Position numbers and translations under genes: made by a program
Source: Pelotomaculum sp. UBA1371
GTDB lineage: Bacteria; Bacillota; Desulfotomaculia; Desulfotomaculales; Pelotomaculaceae
Assembly (NCBI GenBank): GCA_002305915.1
Contig: DBRJ01000063.1
Coordinates: 54,605 to 118,604 of the forward strand
Direction of reading: 5' to 3'
Length of the DNA stretch: 64,000 nucleotides
In this document: piece after piece, positions 57,107 to 64,000 of the stretch
How positions within the stretch are numbered: position 1 is the first letter of the stretch
How the letters are laid out: each line of letters starts with the position of its first letter
Notes under the pieces: model-generated
Seen by the model: the letters and a program-made list of their open reading frames with translations, nothing else
Databases searched by the model: none
What the model was told of the DNA's origin: nothing

Positions 57107-57922
57107 TCAGCTGCTGCTTTGACTTTTATAGACAGGGTACAGGGTGTCTCCCCTCAGACCCACCCGCAGGGCTTCCAGGGCCAGGACCTCCGGGGGTGGA
57201 ATGTTTCCAAGATTGACGTTTGGTCCAAAACTCAAAATTAACTCCTGCTGCTGGTTCTTCAGGGGCGCCTCCCAGAGCAGCCGGCTGCAATCCACGGCCT
57301 CCAGCAACTCCTCCATTTCATTTTGAATGAATTTGCCCTCGCTGTCATAAATCCCGGCATTTTTTCCGGATTCCCTGCCCTCCACGATCACCTGGCAGGC
57401 GCCCTGAGCCAGGTCTTGCTTGATCTGTTCAATATAGCCGGCAACAGATACTTTGTTACCGGGTATCTTTTTGCCTACCTCGGTCAGGACCTTCAGGCCA
57501 AGATTCCGTGCCTCTGAGATGGCGCTTGCTCTCACCTCTGGGGACATCTCAATGGTGCCGTCGGAAACTTCAATGGCGGTGAAGCCAATCCGCCCGGCAG
57601 TGCGGATGTATTCCAAAAGCTTGTTCTGGAGCACGGCAATCTCCAGAAATGTTCCCCCCGGGTAGATATCCACTCCAAAGCTTTTGGTCAGGCTGATTTT
57701 TTCCTCCAACAAAGTACCGCTGTAAAGTGCCGGAGTGCCGAAGCCCAGCTTGATGAAATCAATGTAATCCCCGGCCGTCATCAACAGATCCTTCAGTCCT
57801 CCCAGGCCCAGTCCCTTGTCGATAACCATGGTCAGACCCTGCTGCCTGGGTTTTTGGCTGCGTCCCTGGAGGGGGAAGCGCAGCATCTCCAGCCAAATAT
57901 TGGTATTAACTTGTCCACTCAT
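57107..57922 (-). CDS. (2R)-phospho-3-sulfolactate synthase (ComA/YitD family)
   Basis: 'RSQKPRQQGLTMVIDKGLG', 'GDYIDFIKLGFGT', 'YPGGTFLE', 'GFTAIEVSDGTI' and 'VLTEVGKK' are present. The start is moved to ATG 57922, behind AAAGGAG. Confidence 0.85.
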   Translation of the reverse strand: MSGQVNTNIWLEMLRFPLQGRSQKPRQQGLTMVIDKGLGLGGLKDLLMTAGDYIDFIKLGFGTPALYSGTLLEEKISLTKSFGVDIYPGGTFLEIAVLQNKLLEYIRTAGRIGFTAIEVSDGTIEMSPEVRASAISEARNLGLKVLTEVGKKIPGNKVSVAGYIEQIKQDLAQGACQVIVEGRESGKNAGIYDSEGKFIQNEMEELLEAVDCSRLLWEAPLKNQQQELILSFGPNVNLGNIPPPEVLALEALRVGLRGDTLYPVYKSQSSS

Positions 57923-58299
57923 AATAACACTCCTTTCCCGGTTGCTCCACCATTTAAGGTGAATGATCCGCACCTCCGTCTCTTGTAGATTTCCGGGAAA
58001 AGGCGGACTTCATTTTAAGGTATTCAGTTGCGAACAAAAGGTTGCCGGCGGTAACACCCGCTTTCTCCTCAATAGCATGCTTTAACCGGGGGGATGATTG
58101 AAGTAAAAAGAAAAGCCCTGCGTTTTAAATTGCTTTTTCCCGGGCCGTGGAAAATTAATTCTCCATCCGGGGGAGCAGAGTTAATTACTCCGCCTCAGGA
58201 CTAAAAGGAAATAAAGATAATAATTGCAAAGAGAATAATTATAAAGGAATTACAATCATTCCGGGCGAATTTGTTTTTAATTAAAGTCAGGGGGGATGG

Positions 58300-59037
58300 A
58301 TGATGAGAAAATCTGTGTTGGTTTTTGTGGTCCTTTTACTTTTTATGAGCAGTTTTGTTCTTGCCGGGTGCGGCGGCCAGAAGGATACCGGCAGTCCGCC
58401 TGCTGGAGAGACACAGCAGACAGGTACGGAAACCGCCACGCAGGACGGTGCCGACTCCGTTGCAGATCTTTTGGGGAAAGGTAAAAATGTCGAGGGGATG
58501 TCTTACGATTACACTATGACGTCAGGGGACATCTCAATAAACGGTAAGGTCTGGATGCAGGGTGAGAAGATCAAAGCCGAAGCTGTGATGCAGGGTCAAA
58601 AGGTGATCACCATTGTTGACGGAGATGCTGCCTATACTTATCATCCGGATGAAAACACCGCCTTCATGATGGATCTGGATCAGGCCGGGCAGACGGAAAC
58701 ACCTTCCGATTTTATTGAAGATGTAGATACCAGGCCCGACCAGTATAAAATTGTCGATAGTGTCGTTTATGATGGTGTGAAGTGCAAAATTGTTGAGGTC
58801 ACCGGCGCGGACGGGCAGGAACAGGTCAAGATGTGGGTGCGCGAGGACTACGGGATCCCTGTCCGCGTGGAGACCTCCGTTCCTGATGGAGAAAAAATGG
58901 TTCTTGAATATAAGAACTTAAAGCTGGGACCCCAGCCTTCCGGGACCTTCGAGCTTCCGGCAGGCGTCGAGGTCATGGATATGAGTGAAATGCTCAAACA
59001 AATCCCCCAGGCAGGGCAGCTACCGGGCGGCAATTGA
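58300..59037 (+). CDS. Lipoprotein of unknown function (LolA/RseB-like beta-fold suspected)
   Basis: The signal peptide carries the lipobox 'FVLAGC'. The mature part is a beta-rich repeat-like sequence ('GKVWMQGEKIKAEAVMQGQKVITIVDGDAAYTY', 'VKMWVREDYGIPVRVE'). Confidence 0.7.
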   Translation: MMRKSVLVFVVLLLFMSSFVLAGCGGQKDTGSPPAGETQQTGTETATQDGADSVADLLGKGKNVEGMSYDYTMTSGDISINGKVWMQGEKIKAEAVMQGQKVITIVDGDAAYTYHPDENTAFMMDLDQAGQTETPSDFIEDVDTRPDQYKIVDSVVYDGVKCKIVEVTGADGQEQVKMWVREDYGIPVRVETSVPDGEKMVLEYKNLKLGPQPSGTFELPAGVEVMDMSEMLKQIPQAGQLPGGN

Positions 59038-59163
59038 CAGGATTAATCCTGATCAAAATGACTCTAAGTTTTTCGGTCCTTTGGGTGGCGCAGCTACAGC
59101 GGCATGTAGTCTGTGATAATTTTTTAAAATGAACAGGAAACCTATATTGTTACGATGTAAGTC

Positions 59164-59190
59164 AAAAAAAGAGCCTACGGGCTCTTTTTT
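59164..59190. terminator. Bidirectional rho-independent terminator
   Basis: AAAAAAA-GAGCC-tacg-GGCTC-TTTTTT. Confidence 0.7.
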
Positions 59191-59270
59191 CCGGAGCCGG
59201 GGCAGGGTAGTCATTTCTCTTCGTTTCCAGGCATATGAGTTTTAAAGAGTCTGGTTGGGAGGAGAAAATT

Positions 59271-59546
59271 ATGTTTTTTATAACCGATAAAATTGTCGCT
59301 GGTATGGCGGGGATCCGGATTCTTTCAGCTACCATCGAGTTTACTGCCGCCATGTTGATGCTCAAGTTCGGCAGGGTGGAAACTGCTTTTAAGATTAACT
59401 CGCTCCTGGCCCTGGTGGGCCCCACGGTTTTTCTGACTGTCACCACCCTCGGCCTGGTGGGGCTGGCCGGTAAGGTTTCCTTCAGCGGTATGTTATCCAT
59501 TATTCTGGGAGTTGCCCTGATCTTTTCCGGGATAAACAAACTTTGA
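59271..59546 (+). CDS. YqhV-family small membrane protein
   Basis: 'AGMAGIRILSATIEFTAAMLMLKF' and 'NSLLALVGPTVFL' parallel B. subtilis YqhV. The start is ATG 59271, behind GGGAGGAG. Confidence 0.75.
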   Translation: MFFITDKIVAGMAGIRILSATIEFTAAMLMLKFGRVETAFKINSLLALVGPTVFLTVTTLGLVGLAGKVSFSGMLSIILGVALIFSGINKL

Positions 59547-59764
59547 ATTTTTTCGGATAAGCCCTCTTCTCCCTGCCCGCTGCTTTCAATAGTTCCAGGA
59601 ATTTCTGCTGTTTTATAAAGGAAATCCCGGGCCTTTTTTAGTGAGTATTCCCTTAACTGATAAAATAAAATCAACAGATATCAACAAATAAGAATGAACA
59701 CAATATACCAGGGAAAAGCTCGTAGTAAAATAGTTTTAGGACAAAAAGAGACTCCCCTTTTTGA

Positions 59765-59793
59765 TTGACACTTGCTAGATTATTTTGTAAAAT
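59765..59793 (+). promoter_or_regulatory. Sigma-A promoter of the pyr operon
   Basis: TTGACA (59765-59770), a 17-nt spacer, then TAAAAT (59788-59793). Confidence 0.65.
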
Positions 59794-59807
59794 TACAAGG
59801 ACATAAA

Positions 59808-60466
<659 letters not shown>

Positions 60467-60588
60467 AAGGCGCTGCTGTGCCTGTACAAGAGAATACCCG
60501 GAAAGACACCAGCCGGGTTTACACCGGAAGACAGTTTTTAGACCCGGCCGGGGGCCGTTGACGGCCCACTTTCGGATGGGGTTCCACC

Positions 60589-60683
60589 TTTAAGAACGGT
60601 CCTGAGAGGCCGGAAAGGGAGGGCCGCTGTTCGTTTTTCCCTTTCAGGCCTCAGCCCGGCAAACCGGGCGGGGCTTTATTATT
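60589..60683 (+). promoter_or_regulatory. PyrR-dependent attenuator 2 between pyrR and pyrB
   Basis: The binding-loop-like sequence is CUUUAAGAACGGUCCUGAGAGGCCGGAAAGGGAGG. It is followed by nested GAGGCC/GGCCUC and GAAAGGGA/UCCCUUUC pairings. The terminator is GCCCGG-caaa-CCGGGC followed by GGGGCUUUAUUAUU. Confidence 0.65.
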
Positions 60684-60848
60684 CTCCCGGCCGGCACATT
60701 TTATGTGCCCGGGAGCCCTTTACAATAAAAACAAATCTTTAAGGGCGAAACTATTTCTTGGAGCAACTGCAGATGCAAAGGCGAACCACTTTAAGTTAAC
60801 CCCTGAAGCGCATGATCCGCTCTTCTATTAAGCTTGGGAGGGAAGTAA

Positions 60849-61790
60849 ATGGGCCTTGGCAACAAAGACGTTATCGGCCTCCGCGACGTTCCGGCGGAAG
60901 AAATCAGACTGATTCTGGACACGGCGGAGCCAATGAAGGAAATCATCCAGAGGCAGATTAAGAAGGTGCCGATTTTGCGGGGGAGGACTGTGGTCACGGT
61001 TTTTTACGAAGCCAGCACACGCACCCGGGCCTCCTTTGAACTGGCCGCCAAGTACTTGAGCGCCGATACGGTGGGTATTGCGGCAGCCACAAGCAGTATC
61101 AGCAAGGGGGAGAGCCTGAAGGATACAGCCCGGACCATAGCCGCCATGGGAGTCGATCTGGTGGTACTCCGGCACCCCATGGCAGGGGCTGCGGAGCTGC
61201 TGGGAAAGACCGTCAAGGCTGCGGTCATCAACGCCGGGGACGGCGCCCACGAGCACCCCACCCAGGCTTTGCTGGACCTGTATACGGTGAGAGAAAAAAA
61301 AGGCAGGCTGGAAGGGCTGAAAATTGCCATTATCGGCGATATCCTGCACAGCCGGGTGGCCCGCTCGGATATCTGGGGCTTTACCAGGATGGGGGCCGAG
61401 GTGAGGCTGGCGGGACCGGCCACGTTGATGCCGCCGGGTATTGAGAAACTGGGGGCGGTTGTTTGCGAAACTCCGGAGGAGGCGCTGGCAGGCGCAGATG
61501 TGGTAATCGTCCTCAGGATCCAGCTGGAAAGGCAGCAGGAGGGCCTGTTCCCGGGCCTGCGGGAGTATGCAAATCTTTTCGGAATTAACCGGGAGCGGCT
61601 TAAGCTGGCTGCCCGGGACGCCCTGTTGATGCACCCGGGCCCCCTGAACCGGGGGATCGAAATCACCACCGACATTGCCGACGGGCTTCAGTCGGTGATC
61701 AACGAACAGGTTACAAACGGTGTGGCGGTGCGGATGGCCCTTTTGTATCTCTTAATCGGAGGGGGTGGAGCAAGTGGAGTTGCTCATTAA
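60849..61790 (+). CDS. pyrB: Aspartate carbamoyltransferase catalytic subunit
   Basis: '[13 protein letters not shown]', 'LRHP', 'HPTQALLD' and 'HPGPLNRG' are present. Confidence 0.95.
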   Translation: MGLGNKDVIGLRDVPAEEIRLILDTAEPMKEIIQRQIKKVPILRGRTVVTVFYEASTRTRASFELAAKYLSADTVGIAAATSSISKGESLKDTARTIAAMGVDLVVLRHPMAGAAELLGKTVKAAVINAGDGAHEHPTQALLDLYTVREKKGRLEGLKIAIIGDILHSRVARSDIWGFTRMGAEVRLAGPATLMPPGIEKLGAVVCETPEEALAGADVVIVLRIQLERQQEGLFPGLREYANLFGINRERLKLAARDALLMHPGPLNRGIEITTDIADGLQSVINEQVTNGVAVRMALLYLLIGGGGASGVAH

Positions 61791-63090
61791 AGGCGGTACC
61801 GTGCTGGATCCGGTGGCCGGGGAAATAACCGGAAAAGACATTCTGGTATCCGGAGGCAGAATTGCCGGGACGGGAAGGGATTTGGTTCCCGGCAGTGCCG
61901 TTGAGGTGCTGGATGCTTCGGGCAAACTGGTTGTCCCCGGGCTGATTGATATGCATGTCCACCTGCGGGAACCAGGTTACGAGGCCAAGGAAACCATCCG
62001 GACCGGTACCCGGGCTGCGGCGCGGGGCGGTTTCACTGCTGTAGCCTGCATGCCCAATACCAGTCCCGTTGCAGATACGGCGGCCCTGATCCGGTACATT
62101 TTGGATACGGCCCGGGAACAGGGCGCGGCCCATGTCTTCCCTGTGGGTTCCATTACCCGGGGGAGCAAGGGCAAGGAGCTGGCCGAGATGGGCGATATGA
62201 GGAAGGCCGGGGCAGTGGCCTTTTCCGACGACGGAATGCCCGTGGCCAACGCCGCCCTGATGCGCAGGGGCATGCAGTACGCCCGGATGCTGGGTCTGCC
62301 CCTCATCTCCCACTGTGAAGACCGGGAGCTTTCCTCCGGCGGTTCCATGCACGAGGGATATATGTCTACAGTACTGGGCTTAAAGGGAATTCCTGCCTCA
62401 GCCGAGGAGGTCATGGTGGCCCGGGAGATCCTTCTGGCGGAGGAAACGGGCTGCCGGGTGCACATCGCCCATGTAAGCACCGCAGGTTCGGTCCGCCTGG
62501 TGCGGGAGGCCAAATCCAGGGGGATTGCGGTAACTGCGGAGGTTACGCCCCACCATTTTACCCTCACCGATGAGGCCGTTACGGGCTATAACACCTCAAC
62601 CAAGGTGAACCCGCCCTTGCGAACCGCCGCCGACGTGGCAGCGGTCAAGGAGGGGCTGGCTGACGGAACTATTGACGTTATTGCCACAGACCATGCTCCC
62701 CACACGGTGGAAGAAAAGGATGTGGAATACGAACGGGCGCCCTTTGGCCTGGTGGGTCTGGAGACAGCGGTGGGCCTGGTCTGGACCGTACTGGTGGAGA
62801 CCGGTGTGCTGACGCCGCTCCAGGCTGTTACTAAAATGACCCTGAACCCGGCCAAAATTCTCAATATTCCCCGGGGTACCCTGGAACCGGGAGTTATTGC
62901 CGACATTACGGTAATTGACCCGGATTTGAGCTGGACGGTGGACGCCGGCCTGTTTGAAAGCAAGGGCAGGAACACCCCCTTTCAGGGAATGAAGCTTAAA
63001 GGCCAGGCTTATGCCACAGTAACCGGCGGCTGGGTCCGGATGCTCGGGGGTCATGTAAAGGATGACCATGGGGGCTCGCCGCCTTGTTGA
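61765..63090 (+). CDS. pyrC: Dihydroorotase
   Basis: '[15 protein letters not shown]', 'GGFTAV..MPNT', 'AFSDDG', 'HVSTAGS' and 'IATDHAPH' are present. The start is GTG 61765 or 61774, overlapping the pyrB 3' end. Confidence 0.95.
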   Translation: MEQVELLIKGGTVLDPVAGEITGKDILVSGGRIAGTGRDLVPGSAVEVLDASGKLVVPGLIDMHVHLREPGYEAKETIRTGTRAAARGGFTAVACMPNTSPVADTAALIRYILDTAREQGAAHVFPVGSITRGSKGKELAEMGDMRKAGAVAFSDDGMPVANAALMRRGMQYARMLGLPLISHCEDRELSSGGSMHEGYMSTVLGLKGIPASAEEVMVAREILLAEETGCRVHIAHVSTAGSVRLVREAKSRGIAVTAEVTPHHFTLTDEAVTGYNTSTKVNPPLRTAADVAAVKEGLADGTIDVIATDHAPHTVEEKDVEYERAPFGLVGLETAVGLVWTVLVETGVLTPLQAVTKMTLNPAKILNIPRGTLEPGVIADITVIDPDLSWTVDAGLFESKGRNTPFQGMKLKGQAYATVTGGWVRMLGGHVKDDHGGSPPC

Positions 63091-63259
63091 CTTAATCCGG
63101 GGAAATAAGATAAACTTGGTTATCAACACCTGCACCGGGGACAAAGCCCCGGAGCGGGACGGCTTCCGGATCAGCCGGGCCACAATGATGCCTGCGTTAG
63201 AGGCGCAGCACAATCTATTCAGAATACAATGCCGCCTGCGGCATGGACAACTACCCTGA
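63062..63259 (+). pseudogene. Relic of the C-terminal (MGS-like) end of carbamoyl-phosphate synthase large subunit CarB/PyrAB
   Basis: '[33 protein letters not shown]' matches the CarB tail (..IVDLIKNGEIDLVINTP.G.....D.F.IRR.A..). The frame opens only 2 codons upstream, and no carA or the rest of carB is present. It sits exactly where pyrAA and pyrAB lie in Bacillus pyr operons. Confidence 0.6.
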
Positions 63260-63350
63260 AAACAGACATTTTCCAACCTCTGCCGGTGCCGCGCCGGCGG
63301 CATGGATGTCTAACTGCCAAACAAAAACATTAAGCGAGGGGGCAGCCTGT

Positions 63351-64000
63351 TTGTCACTGCTGACTGATGCGAAGGTCGTAAAACAGATCAAACTTGCGCC
63401 GCACTACTACCGCTTGATCCTTGCTGCCCCGGCAACGACCCGGGCGGCCGGGCCGGGTCAATTTCTGCATGTCCGGTGCGGGGAAACCCTGGAGCCGCTT
63501 CTGCGCAGGCCCCTGAGTATTCATGCAGTGAACCGGGAAAGGGGAGAGTTGGCCCATTTGTACCGGGTGGCGGGCCGGGGTACGGCCCTGCTGGCAAAAA
63601 AGAAAAGGGGCGACACCATCAACATCCTGGGTCCCCTGGGCAGGGGATATACCATGCCGTCGGCCCCTGAAAGATTTGCTGTGGTAGCCGGCGGCATCGG
63701 TATCGCTCCCCTGTATTTTCTGCTGCAGGAAACCGGCGCCAGGGGTCAATCCGCTCTCGTCTTTTGGGGAGCCTCAACCAAAGAACAGTTTTTCTCTCCG
63801 GCAGAGCCATTCTGGAATGCTGACGGGACCGGAGGAAAGTACCCGTCAATTGTCCAGGAAATATGCGCTCAGGGACACCAAATCATCCTGGCTACCGACG
63901 ACGGTTCGGCGGGCTTTCACGGCACAGTCACGGATTTATTTGAACGATACCTGAACAACCCCAGCGGCAGGGAGGAGATTCTCTCCCGTTACCGGGAGGC
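63351..64000 (+). CDS. pyrK: Dihydroorotate dehydrogenase electron-transfer subunit PyrK (3' end beyond window)
   Basis: Not in the ORF track because it has no stop within the window. A TTG at 63351 behind GAGGGGG gives MSLLTDAKVVKQIKLAPHYYRLIL...GQFLHVRCGETLEPLLRRPLSIHAV...YRVAGRGT..L......INILGPLGRGY...FAVVAGGIGIAPLYFL. The FAD 'RRPLSI' and NAD 'GGIGIAP' motifs of PyrK are present. Confidence 0.85.
   Translation, partial: MSLLTDAKVVKQIKLAPHYYRLILAAPATTRAAGPGQFLHVRCGETLEPLLRRPLSIHAVNRERGELAHLYRVAGRGTALLAKKKRGDTINILGPLGRGYTMPSAPERFAVVAGGIGIAPLYFLLQETGARGQSALVFWGASTKEQFFSPAEPFWNADGTGGKYPSIVQEICAQGHQIILATDDGSAGFHGTVTDLFERYLNNPSGREEILSRYRE

Overview
This 64-kb window looks like the chromosome of a spore-forming Firmicute. 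Gene content suggests class Clostridia, possibly the Peptococcaceae/Desulfotomaculum-Pelotomaculum group, but the taxon is a guess from the translations and no search was run.

Almost everything is on the + strand, and the gene order follows the Bacillus subtilis dcw-to-pyr region. In order:
- a 5'-truncated D-Ala-D-Ala carboxypeptidase, a Fur-family regulator, a 938-aa GH57-GT4 fusion protein, two poorly characterised genes and a PHP histidinol phosphatase;
- a complete dcw cluster: mraZ-rsmH-ftsL-PBP-murE-murF-mraY-murD-ftsW-murG-murC-murB-murA, then ftsQ, two DUF881 genes, sbp, ftsA and ftsZ;
- selD, then spoIIGA-sigE-sigG-ylmC;
- a patch of accessory or decayed genes;
- pgeF(ylmD), a two-component system, ylmE-sepF-proC-ylmG-ylmH-divIVA, a Nudix gene and yggU;
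- a T-box leader with ileS, two genes, lspA-rluD, four more genes, and a pyr operon (pyrR-pyrB-pyrC-[carB relic]-pyrK) that runs off the window.

Features the ORF track misses or mis-calls:
- selD carries an in-frame UGA (selenocysteine) and starts 99 nt upstream of the called ORF.
- Two tandem tiny Gly-rich membrane proteins (YjcZ-like) lie antisense between murA and ftsQ.
- pyrK is open at the window end.
- Several starts need correcting (sigE, ileS, mraZ, murF, murD and others).

The most unusual element is a ~430-nt array of at least 9 tandem stem-loops with a ~41-nt period at 54.43-54.84 kb. The outer stems covary between units. G-U pairs and GNRA-type loops form only on the minus-strand transcript, and a perfect 12-bp hairpin closes the array. 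I could not match it to any RNA or repeat family I know.

Several loci look decayed or mis-assembled:
- a CarB C-terminal relic where carA and carB should be;
- an internally shortened MetE-like gene;
- a cation/H+ antiporter fragment;
- a gene split at an A10 run;
- a 119-nt ftsL/PBP overlap next to a G6 run.

I saw no tRNA, rRNA, CRISPR array, IS element or integrase. All family assignments rest on reading motifs and recalling homologues by eye. No alignments or folding programs were run.
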